Counted from the whole stretch's first letter, positions 37,183 to 50,534 are shown. The stretch: DNA of 63,673 nt, filler included, from Octopus bimaculoides (GCF_001194135.2; 7 parts of 7 records of this genome joined end to end with filler, not necessarily neighbours in it); one strand, 5' to 3'. Made by a program: numbers and translations. The notes: generated by a model not told the origin, from the sequence alone.

Positions 37183-38176
37183 TGTTTATTCATCTCATGA
37201 TTATGCCTTAGAAGGAAAACGAAATAAACACATCCAGCAATTATGAAACTAGTTAATTTGATCGCAAATTAAATCTTGAAATTTTTAAAACAAGCGTATA
37301 GTTATAAATAGACTGTGGCTGTCACATTTATGGTTTTGTTATAATCGTAATCGATGACTATTATCAGATACAAATGAAGAAGCAGAAATCAATATATTAA
37401 AGAGATATATATTCCAATGAAGCAAGTGATTAACTGTATCGATAAAAAAGTTTAATAAAATGCATGAAATAATGTGCATGTGGCGAAAAAATAAAAGGTG
37501 AATTAAAACACTTCAATTGTGACTATATTTCTAAAGGCAATGGAAGAATGTTGATAGCTGTGAACGATACTGAAGACCCTCTCCCTTTTCCTGATATTAC
37601 AAATTTAACTTTTAGCAAAAAAGGTAGAGTGGCAGGAAATACTTGGTTATGTATTTTTATGTCCTGAATTCAAATCCTATTGAAACAGGTACTGGCTTAC
37701 AACATCCGTTGGTCGATAGAATAAGCACCACTCGCATACAGGGATCAACTGAGTTGACTATACGTATTCTTCACAATAAGTGATTTTCGTATTTATATTA
37801 GAAATTCATTTAGAAATATATACAAACGGTTACTGAAATACTATCGTAGAATCATCTCAGCTATTGTTTACTTTAAAGTTACACCAACAAGAGAGTGTCA
37901 CAAACTAGCCAAGAAGTGTTTCCAGTAAATAAATGAATATCTAAGTTGTCACTTGTCCCAGGCTAAGAAACAACAGTTGAAATTCTCTCGAATTTGAAAG
38001 AAAAGAAAACATTAGATAACGTTATTCAAGAAAATTGTCAGACAAAAAAACAAATAACAAACATGACGACAATGGGTGGAAAGATTTTGCTCATAGTCAT
38101 CTAAAAATAGGCTGATCCGCGAATAAGGAACAACACCAAGGGAAGATACATAGAATTTTATAGATGTAAATACACG

Positions 38177-38584
38177 CTCTCGCTTTTACTCTTTTATTTG
38201 TTTCAGTCATTTGACTGTGGCCATGCTGGAGCACCGCCTTTAGTTGAGCAAATCGACCCCAGGACTTATTTTTTAGAAGCCTTGTACTTATTCTATCAGT
38301 CTCTTTTTTTCGAACCGCTAAGTTACAGGTGCATAAACACAGCCAGTTGTCAAACGAAGTTGGGGGGGACAAACACAGACACACAAACACATACACACAT
38401 ACATATATATACATATATACGACGGGTTTCTTTCAGTTTCCGTCTACCAAATCCACTCACAAGGATTTGGTCGGCCCGAGGCTATAGTAGAAGACACTTG
38501 CCCAACGTGCCACGCAGTGGGACTGTACCCAGAACCATGTGGTTGGTAAGCAAGCTACTTACCACACAGCCACTTCTGCGCCTA
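38177..38584 (-). mobile_element. SINE family B, full length
   Basis: Colinear reverse complement of 55900-56297. Confidence 0.9.
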
Positions 38585-39667
38585 CACTGTCAGAAAATAA
38601 AAAAAAAAACATAATACATATTAGAAAATCATCCTAGAAAACCTTTATGGGTTTTGCTGGAAGTTGACACAGGATTCAGCAGAAACAACGCGACATATTG
38701 GATGGTAAAGTCCTAGATAAATTATGTGCGAGATAACGGTCAAAGCACATGAGAAAGTCAAACTAGAATACATTTGATCATAGGTTACATAATCATGGTT
38801 GATTAGTTGATCGGCAGTTAAAGAACAACAATAATGCTACACCACTTAACTAAGTTGTTTATAATAAATGGAAATATAGCGTAATTATTGGTATTAAGTA
38901 CTTTTCTTAAAGATCACCCCATACAACTTGTATATCTGTATATATTTATTGTGTATACCTATGCTTGCGTATGTATTCGTTTATGTAAGAAACTGAAGTG
39001 TATGTGTTTATGCGTGTGTGTGTGTGCGTGTAGTATTGTGTCATCAACGTGAAAGTATTTATGAGTGCTTGTTTGTATGTAAGTCGCGTGACATGTAGTT
39101 ATATGTATATTGTGATTGTGTGTTTGTATGTTTGGTGTTTTTGTTGGTGAATGTTTTTTTTTTATTTGTGTTTTGTGTGTGCATTTATGTGTAAAGTTTG
39201 TTTTGGGTGTGCGTGTGCGAGTCTGTATGAGCGTTCTAGTGTTGGATATGTGTGCACATGCGTGAGTGTGTGCGTGCGCGCGTATGTTCACGAAGTTCGT
39301 GGTGTATTTGTACATGGGCTTTTGTATGCAGGTGTATGAGTATTGCTGTTTGTGATTTGTGCAGTTTTGAGTTATGCGCATGGACCAGTGTTTACAGAGA
39401 AAAACCCTTTTCTTTTTTTATATAAGAGATATCATTTTTTCCTTTGTATTCTTTACTGAGTTCCTCAGAATAGAAATCATAACGAAACCACAAATTCTTC
39501 AACTAATTATTCATTCTGCTTTTTTACAAGTCTTCAGGTTAGGTTGTCAATTAGAGAAGAAAGCAAGAAGAATAACAAACAGGAAAAAAAAAACTGAAAC
39601 AAACAAGAATTCTTTGCAATTTTTCACTGAAGCTCTATTTTCTACTGTATTGCCTCAAAAAGCAGAA

Positions 39668-39702
39668 GATGTTGTTGTTGTTGTTGGTGGTGGTGGTAGT
39701 AA

Positions 39703-39742
<40 letters not shown>

Positions 39743-39753
39743 TGTTGTTGTTT

Positions 39754-39803
<50 letters not shown>

Positions 39804-39815
39804 GGTGGTGGTAGT
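39668..39815. repeat. Compound (GTT)(GGT)(AGT) microsatellite
   Basis: Direct reading. Confidence 0.9.
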
Positions 39816-40082
39816 ANNNNNNNNNNNNNNNNNNNNNNNNNNNNNNNNNNNNNNNNNNNNTTAATTAATTAANNNNNNNNNNNNNNNNNNNNNNNNNNNN
39901 NNNNNNNNNNNNNNNNCGATCTGCACATGCATGAATGCATATATCCTGCATATCTTTGCATGAGATAGTTGAACAAAACAATAATGTCATGTCTATATTT
40001 CCCATAAGTTCCAATATGTTCTGCAGTTCTAGGAAAGTTCCAAACTAAAGGAAGAAGTAGGAAAATGGTCTTCAACAGTCCA

Positions 40083-40299
40083 TGAAGGGGTGTTGAAAAG
40101 TGCCTAGCTTTGGATAAAATAAAATACTGAAGGATCAGTTAATTATGATTTCATCCAACATATTCCTCCTCTCAGATTCACACTTATTGTAGCAGTCCTT
40201 CAGTTTTTCTAAACCCTCTACAAGAACCCAGAAGGTTGGGCCTCCATCCAGGGCCTTTCGTGATAGCCTTAAAGCCAGGAATTCTTCGGCACCTCTTTA
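40083..40299. mobile_element. Mariner-type MITE
   Basis: Imperfect 29-bp TIRs TGAAGGGGTGTTGAAAAGTGCCTAGCTTT / AAAGCCAGGAATTCTTCGGCACCTCTTTA; right end followed by TA. Confidence 0.6.
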
Positions 40300-40678
40300 T
40301 ATATGTATGCATGTTTGGTTGTACAAATAGGGAAGAACATAAATGTAGTAGAGTATATTTATTTGTATAAAGGTGAGGAGTTTCTGCCAAGTCTTTTGTA
40401 TGTTCATTTATTTCTTGGTCACCTGAAAGTTAAATGAGTGTACAGATGCAAAATACTCAGAGTAACGATGGAGAGATTCACATGCATGCACACACATGTC
40501 TGTGTGCACATATACACACAACCTCATACAATATACTATGTATATGTGTGTGTATGTATATACTATATACACTCAATATATATGTAAGAATACGTCTGTG
40601 CATACATACATCCTTACACACACACGTATATATACAGATATATATGAGTGTGTGTGTGTGTGTATATATATATATATC

Positions 40679-40713
<35 letters not shown>

Positions 40714-40748
40714 GTGTGTGTGTGTGTGTCTATATGTATACAAATATT

Positions 40749-40942
40749 AGCTTGCTTACCAGCCACATGGTTCCGAGTTCAGTCCCACTTCGTGACACCT
40801 TGGGCAAGTGTCTTCTACTATAACCTCGGGCCGACCAAAGCCTTGTGAGTGGATTTGGTAGACGGAAACTGAAAGAAGCCCATCGTATATATNNNNNNNN
40901 NNNNNNNNNNNNNNNNNNNNNNNNNNNNNNNNNNNNNNNNNN

Positions 40943-40985
<43 letters not shown>

Positions 40986-41190
40986 ATGTGTGTTTGTGTG
41001 TCTGTGTTTGTTCTCCACCATTGCTTGACAACTGATTCTAGTGTGTTTACGTCCCCGTAACTTAGCGGTTCGGCAAAAAGAGACCGATAGAATAAGTACT
41101 AGGCTTACAAAGAATAAGTCCTGGGGTCGATTTTCTTGACTAAAGGCGGTGCTCCAGCATGGCTGCAGTCAAATGACTGAAACAAGTAAA
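40749..41190 (+). mobile_element. SINE family B, near full length, gap inside the internal (TA)n
   Basis: Head, CORE-like CACCTTGGGCAAGTGTCTTCTACTATA and tail all present. Confidence 0.9.
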
Positions 41191-42884
41191 ACAGTATATG
41201 TATACATGTGTGTATATCTGTCTATCTATCTATCTATCTGTCTGTCTGTCTGTCTATCTCTATATATATATCATACAAGCATGTGTGTGTGTGAATATGT
41301 GACCAAAATTTGTAGAAATCAGCTCTGTTGATAGGTAACGTAGAGAAATTGGTATGGAACAATATATAAATAAATTAAAAATAAATATTTAAAGAAAAGA
41401 AAAAAATGTTAGTTTGCTTGTTTGTTTGTGCATATGTGTGTGTGTGTGTGTGTTTGTGTGCCCTAACACTTTATATCTTAACAATGTTAGTGGCAGGTGA
41501 TAAATGCGAAAACAAAAGGTAAGATAAATAGGAGTGCAGCAGACATTTTACCCCCCCCCNNNNNNNNNNNNNNNNNNNNNNNNNNNGAGAACAAACAGGA
41601 AGTGAGAAAGTTCTGGTGACTCAAGGAGCATGGTAAAGGTATGCTAAAGACTTTTAAGATGGCCTCCCTCTGTTTTCTACACCAGACATCTCAAAATGTA
41701 TACAGGTGAGTATATATAAAAGGCCCCGGACTCACTCCCATCCAAGCTAAGCTTTGCTAGCTAGCTATCCTGTCTTCTCCCACAAGAGGGTAATAATTTA
41801 CCTGCTCAGGTGTGTCCTCACTAAGCCATGTTAGAAGCTTCATCAAAATATTTTTACTTGGGCAGCTGTGGCTGATAAAAAAAAAAAGGAAAAAGAAAAA
41901 AAAAAGTTTCAGAAGTGGTTAATGATTGTAACAGTAGTTGTAGAAGTAGTAGTAGTAGTTGTAGTAGTAACCACAGCAGCAGCAGTGGTTGTAGTAGTTG
42001 TAACTGAAGTAGCAGCAGTGGCAGTGACTGCAGTAGTAGTGGTAGTGATGATGGTATTGTCAGTGGTGGTGGTGGTGGTGTGGTGGCGGTGGTGGTGGTA
42101 GTGGTGACTATAAACAAGGAATATAGCATTTGTTGAGAAGAGCTCACTTCTTTATTTTCTCTGCTTATATGGATACCTCGAACTTTACATCATGGTGGGT
42201 CTGATTTTATAATTCTTTCTTTTAATTCTATGTCAATTATTGTCTTTTGATTTACTTTCACATATTCAAGTATTTCTTTCTCTTTTGTTTCTTTTTTTTC
42301 CCCTTTTTTTCTAATGTGTGTATGGTACTTACCTGTAGAAAAGGTGGTATTTTTTACACCAAGTTTTCGGTCGATTGCTTATTTTTTTTGTGGGTGTTTT
42401 CATTTTTGTTTCGATAACGAGAAAATCTTTGTTAAAACTGATAATCATAAGATAGGTGTTTTTTCACCTTCCTCCCATTATAGTTCTACATGTACACACA
42501 CATACACATTCATACACATACCTATATACATAATTACATGCAGAAATATACACATGCATGTATACGCCACTTACATTTTCCCATGTATACATTGAAATAC
42601 GTTAAATATAATGTGTTGGTAACTTTTACATAAGGGAATTTTATTGAAAGTTTTTAAAAGCTCTTAATTAATTTAAAAAATATTTATCATTTATTTTGGA
42701 AGTTAATTTCTTCCTCTTTACTACTGTAATTTTCAAAAATCCTTTTACATATATTCCAAAACTTTTTCACATATATATTATTATTAATGATATTGCTACT
42801 CAGAATTGCATCCATCTCCAGCCAAACATTCCAAATATGTTTTTAATTTCATGAATTTCTTTATAGTACTTTTATAGTATAGTA

Positions 42885-42951
<67 letters not shown>

Positions 42952-45309
42952 NNNNNNNNNNNNNNNNNNNNNNNNNNNNNNNNNNNNNNNNNNNNNNNNN
43001 NNNNNNNNNNNNNNNNNNNNNNNNNNNNNNNNNNNNNNNNNNNNNNNNNNNNNNNNNNNNNNNNNNNNNNNNNNNNNNNNNNNNNNNNNNNNNNNNNNNN
43101 NNNNNNNNNNNNNNNNNNNNNNNNNNNNNNNNNNNNNNNNNNNNNNNNNNNNNNNNNNNNNNNNNNNNNNNNNNNNNNNNNNNNNNNNNNNNNNNNNNNN
43201 NNNNNNNNNNNNNNNNNNNNNNNNNNNNNNNNNNNNNNNNNNNNNNNNNNNNNNNNNNNNNNNNNNNNNNNNNNNNNNNNNNNNNNNNNNNNNNNNNNNN
43301 NNNNNNNNNNNNNNNNNNNNNNNNNNNNNNNNNNNNNNNNNNNNNNNNNNNNNNNNNNNNNNNNNNNNNNNNNNNNNNNNNNNNNNNNNNNNNNNNNNNN
43401 NNNNNNNNNNNNNNNNNNNNNNNNNNNNNNNNNNNNNNNNNNNNNNNNNNNNNNNNNNNNNNNNNNNNNNNNNNNNNNNNNNNNNNNNNNNNNNNNNNNN
43501 NNNNNNNNNNNNNNNNNNNNNNNNNNNNNNNNNNNNNNNNNNNNNNNNNNNNNNNNNNNNNNNNNNNNNTGATTATTTTCAAAATTGATTGAAACATAGA
43601 AGTTAATTATTTTATTACAAATATCTTCTATGACAAGGGTTTTTTTTTAAATGTATTTTTATTTCAATATTCCGTCTGCGTTCCCATTCTGTTATTAAAA
43701 ACTTAGGTAGTTTTCAAAACCAAATGTAGTAGTGGTACTTCATTGTTCCTTTGGCTATTATTTCTTCTCTCTTGCTCCCCCCACTCCCTATAGTTGATGG
43801 TGTGTGGGCGGGGAGAACATTTGGTGATGGCGGCAAATTCTAAAGTTTACTTCAGAATTTACTTCTGCTTGTGTGTGTGCACACGCATGTGTGTGTGGAG
43901 TGAGAGAGAGAGAAAGAAAGATTTATTTTTTCTTTTTATCAGAGAGATATTTTCGATGAGGCATGTTGTTACCCCAGAGGTCATATTGACAAATTTGATT
44001 GGCCTGATTAACATGTTTTAGGACACCAGTACTCACACATTTATAGTCACTAGTCTCCTATAACTTCCGAAAAACTCCCTTTAAATGATCTTATTTTCTT
44101 AAACGTCATAGAAGCAGAACGAGATCCTATAATTTTAACGAACTACTAAAAATATGTATCTTTGCATATTGTCTTTATATATGTATATAGATTTCATTTT
44201 TAGAATGACATTGATGCTAACTTGTATTGTCTCGAACTAAACCACTTCTAAAATGTACAGTCTTTTACATAGCACGAGTCTTCATACCTGTATGCACATG
44301 CAGTCATGTGCGCACCACACTCACTTGTACTTTGGCACAGATATAAAACGAGTCTTTCTGACAACCATACATATGATCTTTGAAAGTCGTTTTTATTATA
44401 ATTAACACATGTTTATGCTGTGGAGAGATTTGGGGCAGGAGGTGGTTGATATTTTAGACAGGGTCCTTCTTTTGCAGATGCAGGTGGGCCAGTGCTAGTT
44501 TTTTTTGGACTTTGGTTTTCATTTTCTCGTAGTAAAGTGAGCTTTATCATTTGTTTAAAAGTCTCTCTCTCTCTCAATCTCTCTCTCTCTCTTTCTACCC
44601 CCTCTCTCATTTTATTACCAATCTTCTTTCTCCTTTTATTTAGGTATTTCAATTCCTAGTACTTTCAATTAGTTAAAGAATTTTTATTCTTCTTTACCAT
44701 ATTTGATGACATAAAAGACACACATCCAATTTCAGCAGTACTGTGCATATTCAGGATAAAAAAAAAGTTTTTGTAGCATTAAAGTATGTAATATTTAAAG
44801 CAATGTTGTATATAAGGACCCAGGGTGTTTTTTTTTTTTTTTTACAGATATTTTTTGGGATGATAGCGTGCCTTATAAGCCATCAAATATGACATAATAT
44901 CTTCTAAATATTCTGACAGGCAGCAAATAGAAAAACAGCCTTTCTTATGAACGTCTGATTGAAATTAATTTTATTTTTCTATAACTTATACACTTTAATT
45001 GTTATTGAAAGGAAATTTCGTTGGAATTCTTACACTGTTTCGGTCATCCAGGGGACTAGCATGAATACCAAAAACTCACTCTTCAGCACGATGACGATGA
45101 CGATGATGATGGTGATGATGATCTTTCTACTGTATGCACAAAGCCTGAAATTTTGTGGGGATACGTCAATTTCATCGACTCCCCCAGTGTGTAACTGGTA
45201 CTTATTTCATCAACCCTGAATGGATGAAAGGCAAAGTTTACCTTGGCGGAATTTGAACTCACAACGTAAAGACAGATAATAATAATGATGATGATGGTAA
45301 TAAATAATA

Positions 45310-45344
<35 letters not shown>

Positions 45345-45701
45345 GTAATAATCTTTCTACTATAGGCTCTAAGCCTGAAGTTCTGGGGCTCGGGGTAGTC
45401 AATTACTTTGATTCCTAATCCTTGACTGGTACTTAACTTTATTGACCTCAAAAGGATGAAAGGCAAAGTTGGTCCTGGTGGAATTTGAACTCAGAATGTA
45501 AGTATGGACAAAATGCTGCTAAGCATTTTCCTGGGATGGTAACGATTCTGCCAGTTCGCCGCCTCCACCTTATTTGCTATTTTGCTATTGAAAGGAAGTT
45601 TTGTCGGAATTCTTACAATGTTTTTCTCATCCAGGAGTGTAGCATGAATACGAAAATCTTGGTCCTCACTACTATGACAATAATGATTACTACTGCTGCT
45701 G

Positions 45702-45735
<34 letters not shown>

Positions 45736-45950
45736 AAAGGCGGTGAGCTGGCAGAATTGTTACTGTGCCGGACAAAATACTTAGCAACATTTTGTCTGTC
45801 TTCACATTCTGAGTTCAAATTCCACCGGGGTCGACTTTGCCTTTCACCCTTTCAGGGTCGGTAAATGAAGTACCAGTCATGTACTGGGGTTGATGTAATT
45901 GCCTTGTCTCTTCCCACTAAATTTCAGGCCTTGTGCCTTAAATAGAAAGG

Positions 45951-46037
<87 letters not shown>

Positions 46038-46421
46038 ATAATCATCATCATTAAGGTGGTGAGCTGGCAGAATCGCTAGCACGCTGGACAAAATGCTTAG
46101 NNNNNNNNNNNNNNNNNNNNNNNNNNNNNNNNNNNNNNNNNNNNNNNNNNNNNNNNNNNNNNNNNNNNNNNNNNNNNNNNNNNNNNNNNNNNNNNNNNNN
46201 NNNNNNNNNNNNNNNNNNNNNNNNNNNNNNNNNNNNNNNNNNNNNNNNNNNNNNNNNNNNNNNNNNNNNNNNNNNNNNNNNNNNNNNNNNNNNNNNNNNN
46301 NNNNNNNNNNNNNNNNNNNNNNNNNNNNNNNNNNNNNNNNNNNNNNNNNNNNNNNNNNNNNNNNNNNNNNNNNNNNNNNNNNNNNNNNNNNNNNNNNNNN
46401 NNNNNNNNNNNNNNNNNNNNN

Positions 46422-46465
<44 letters not shown>

Positions 46466-46677
46466 GGTGGTGAGCTGGCAGAATCGTTAGCATGCTGGAC
46501 GAAGTACTTAGTGGTATTTCGCCTGTCGCTATGTTCTGAGTTCAAATTCCGCCGAGGTCAACTTTACCTTCCATCATTTTGAGGTAGATAAAATAAGTAC
46601 CAGTTGAACACTGGGGGTCGATGTAATCGACTCATCCCCACCCCCAAAATTGCTGCCCTTGTAGCAAAATTTGAAAC

Positions 46678-46716
<39 letters not shown>

Positions 46717-47058
46717 GACAACAACAACAGTTTCTAGTTTAAGCTCATGGCCAGTAATTATGAGTGGAGGAAGCTAAGTTGATTAAATCAACACCTGTAC
46801 TTATATGGTATTTTATCAACTCCAGGGAGATGAAAGTCAAGCTCACTCCCCCGGTGGGATTTGAACTCAAAATGTAAAGGGGAAACAACTAAGATTTTTA
46901 ATCTGCCGCTCTACTGCTTCCATCGTCCTCTAGTCTCGATAGACTAACACTAATAACCAATACTAATAATAATTATGATGATTATTTTTAATATTGGTAC
47001 ATAATTAGGAATTTATAGAAGAGAACCAGTTGATTTAGTCAATGTGGACACATGTGGT

Positions 47059-47396
47059 CTGTGCTGTCTTAATGTATGGGCACACTGGGTAGTCACCTTA
47101 CAGGTCCAGGGGCCCACTTCTGATCTATGCATGTTTGTGGCTTACTGTCAATAAATAAATAGTATAGGGCCCCTGGCTTAGTGGTTAGGGTGTTGGACTC
47201 ATGATCCTAAGATTGTGGTTTCGATTCCTGCGAATGAGTAATCCTGCGACAGACTGGTATCCCGTCCAGGGAGGCAGATATATGCCAGAGTAACCAGGAA
47301 ACTGGCCCTATGCTCCTTATGGAGCAATGTGGACTAACCATAGGGCTCAGTGCATTGATTTACCTGAGGGCCTATAATGCTACTAAGACAGCCCTG
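47059..47396. mobile_element. hAT-type MITE 1 (about 162 bp once the nested SINE is removed)
   Basis: TIRs CTGTGCTGTCTTAAT / ACTAAGACAGCCCTG; 8-bp TSD CATGTGGT at 47051-47058 and 47397-47404. Confidence 0.75.
47171..47339 (+). mobile_element. tRNA-derived SINE with V-domain-like core, nested in hAT MITE 1
   Basis: A-box TGGCTTAGTGGTTAG, B-box GGTTTCGATTCC, core CCTGCGACAGACTGGTATCCCGTCCAGGG; 7-bp TSD ATAGGGC (47164-47170 and 47340-47346). Confidence 0.7.
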
Positions 47397-47404
47397 CATG
47401 TGGT

Positions 47405-47822
47405 CAGGGCCGGATTGAGGCCCTAAGCACATAAAAGATTCTGGTGCCCCCATAAAAGATTATGTAATTCAAAATATAAACAATAACAAACCATAAAATA
47501 AATTCGTATTTTTCAAAACAAAACAAAACAGTAAGAGGGAAAATAATGTTTATTTTTGTATATTTCCACTTTATCTATATTTGAAAAGTTTCCTCCTACT
47601 TTTTTGAATTGCAAAGTCTTTGATCAGATCCTCAAAATTAATCTTAGGTAACACATCTGCACCTATACTTAGTAGAGATAAAGGCATCCCGAATATTATT
47701 TTAGCAAATTTAAAGTGATTTCTTTTGTGCTGTAAAGCATTTACCATTTCTGTGGTGCCCCCCTTCTTTCCTTTGCTGCCCTAAACATGTGCTTATTTTG
47801 CTTAATGGTTGATCCAGCACTG
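47405..47822 (-). mobile_element. hAT-type non-autonomous element 2 (418 bp) with transposase C-terminal remnant
   Basis: TIRs CAGGGCCGGATT / GATCCAGCACTG; 8-bp TSD CATGTGGT (47397-47404 and 47823-47830); - strand ADVLPKINFEDLIKDFAIQKSRRKLF resembles the end of the hAT dimerisation domain. Confidence 0.8.
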
Positions 47823-48796
47823 CATGTGGTACTTATTTTATCAATCTTGGTGCAGTGAAGGTAACTGCAAAATCATCTCCAGTGGGATTTGAACTCAGAA
47901 TGTAAAGGGTTGAACTAAATATGAATAGGTAACTTGTCTGTGTTACTAAACTGTTACTACCATTTCTCTATCTGGATTAATAATGATATCCAACATAGGC
48001 TCGATGCCATAGATCATGGACAGAGGTGTAATCTGTTAAGCTGATCCTCTCAACCTTTGAATGATTAAAGGTTGAAGTCAGCTCTGGAGAGATTTGAACT
48101 CAGAACATAATGGGATGTAATTGCCCCCAAATAACATAATACATTTTGTCTATCACTGCACCGATTCTCTCCTCCACTATTCTATTCTACCCTTAATAAA
48201 TTCCTTCTACTACTGGACCCAGGCCTGAAATTTTGTGGGAGAGAGCTAGTTGATGACATTAACACCATTGTGCAACTCATACTTATTTTATCAAATCCTG
48301 AAAATATATGAAAGGTAAAAATCGCCCCTGGTGGAATTTGAACTCAGAATGTAAAGCCGGGAAAAATGCCACTAAGCATTTTCGTCCAGCATGCTAACAA
48401 TTCTGCCAGCTTACTGCCTCTATTATACCACTTACAATAATGACAATGGTTGATGCATTTCATGTGTTTATTTTGAGATTTATTTTCTCACCTGCTATCA
48501 CCCCTTCTATTTTCATCTTATTCTTTCAAAACATTTTTTTTTGTTTTTGTAACTTACTATTCTATGGTGTTGTAAGCTTTGTCTATATGTATGTGTGAGA
48601 ACAGTATTTTCCTTAGTGGTTTAAAAAAAAATTTTTTTATACCTTTTTCTTCTTGTGTTTTTTTTTTTTTTTTGTAGTTGTAACTATTTAGATATGTTCA
48701 AGTTGATTGGCTGATTTCTCAACTGTACACACACAACAAGCATTATCCTATTTGGTTGTTAGAATGGCAACAAAAATTGAGAGTTGTAACTGTTTA

Positions 48797-48834
<38 letters not shown>

Positions 48835-50490
48835 GCGCTGGCCTGAAATATTTTAATCAGCGCAACTCCATCTATAGCCCATCTTAAAAGCAGACAGGTA
48901 GTCATAAATAAATAAATATGCTCATTGTATATTGTTTGGTTTGGCTTGGAATTGATCTTGTCAACTGGTTGGTTGCTCTAAAAGCACCATACTGCAGTTC
49001 TTAAATTTTACATAGTTTTGATAGTGGAATAATATAATTGTCATCAGCCCCCTCCTCCTCCCCCCTCTCTCTCTTTGTTCTTCAGTTATTTTTGTTGAAT
49101 AGTAAGGCATATACACACACATATATATATATGTATGTATGTATGTATGTATTATTCTACTCATTCCTCTTCTTCATCACCATTATCCTTAATCCCCCCC
49201 CCCTCGCACACCCCCACACCCACACACACACACACACAACCCCTGTTAAGACTATATCTACTCTGGTTGAATTATTGGATTAATTCTAAAATTACCAGAA
49301 TTAATGCTTTAATCTTCCTAGCTGTAGGAATAATCCTTTTATGAAAGCCATACCATGTAAAATACTCTATTACTGTTGGTTGTCTATTGCAGCAAACCTG
49401 GGTTGATCTATCCAGCTGCTTCACACTTCAAATCAGTTTATAGTTGTCTGCGATTACAAATTTATAGTAATCCACTTGAAAACTCTTCTAGCTTTTTGTT
49501 TTCTGTTGCTACTATTGTTGTTGTTATTGTTATTTTTTTGTCTCTCATCTTCTGGTTCTTTTGTATCTCTCTCTCTTTTTTTTTGTTTTTTTTTGGTTTT
49601 TTTTGTCTTTCTAAACACTAAGTGATAATTGTTTTTAAGGTTAGGTAGGATGGTGAATTGGCAAAAATGAAAAGAGTTGTAGCAGTGGATTTAAATCTGG
49701 CTTAACTGTATTGCGGCATTGAGTTTTTATCTGTTTGTCTCTCTTAGCTTCTGAGGTTCAAAATCTCCTGAAATTGACTTTGTCTTTCGTCACCCTGGGT
49801 CGCTTGATGGAAATGATTTAGTGACTTAAGAAATAGTCATATATGCATGTGTATGTGTATATATTTTATGTGTACACACACACACACATGCATGTGTGTG
49901 TATGTATATGTATATATATATATATATATNNNNNNNNNNNNNNNNNNNNNNNNNNNNNNNNNNNNNNNNNNNNNNNNNNNNNNNNNNNNNNNNNNNNNNN
50001 NNNNNNNNNNNNNNNNNNNNNNNNNNNNNNNNNNNNNNNNNNNNNNNNNNNNNNNNNNNNNNNNNNNNNNNNNNNNNNNNNNNNNNNNNNNNNNNNNNNN
50101 NNNNNNNNNNNNNNNNNNNNNNNNNNNNNNNNNNNNNNNNNNNNNNNNNNNNNNNNNNNNNNNNNNNNNNNNNNNNNNNNNNNNNNNNNNNNNNNNNNNN
50201 NNNNNNNNNNNNNNNNNNNNNNNNNNNNNNNNNNNNNNNNNNNNNNNNNNNNNNNNNNNNNNNNNNNNNNNNNNNNNNNNNNNNNNNNNNNNNNNNNNNN
50301 NNNNNNNNNNNNNNNNNNNNNNNNNNNNNNNNNNNNNNNNNNNNNNNNNNNNNNNNNNNNNNNNNNNNNNNNNNNNNNNNNNNNNNNNNNNNNNNNNNNN
50401 NNNNNNNNNNNNNNNNNNNNNNNNNNNNNNNNNNNNNNNNNNNNNNNNNNNNNNNNNNNNNNNNNNNNNNNNNNNNNNNNNNNNNNNNNN

Positions 50491-50534
<44 letters not shown>

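Larger units (their letters stand above)
45120..48420. mobile_element. Cluster of about 9 SINE family A copies of mixed age and orientation
   Basis: Copies at about 45120-45275(-), 45353-45566(-), 45736-45950(+), 46052-46100(+, into gap), 46463-46680(+), 46735-46925(-), 46993-47960(-, interrupted), 47990-48165(-), 48210-48420(-); recurring GGAATTTGAACTCAGAA / TTCTGAGTTCAAATTCC. Confidence 0.8.

Noticed and set aside
36160-37200. YVCM/HTYI-repeat, poly-CV, poly-I/L/S/D and ER-repeat ORFs throughout the window
   Set aside because: Translations of microsatellites; no coding evidence
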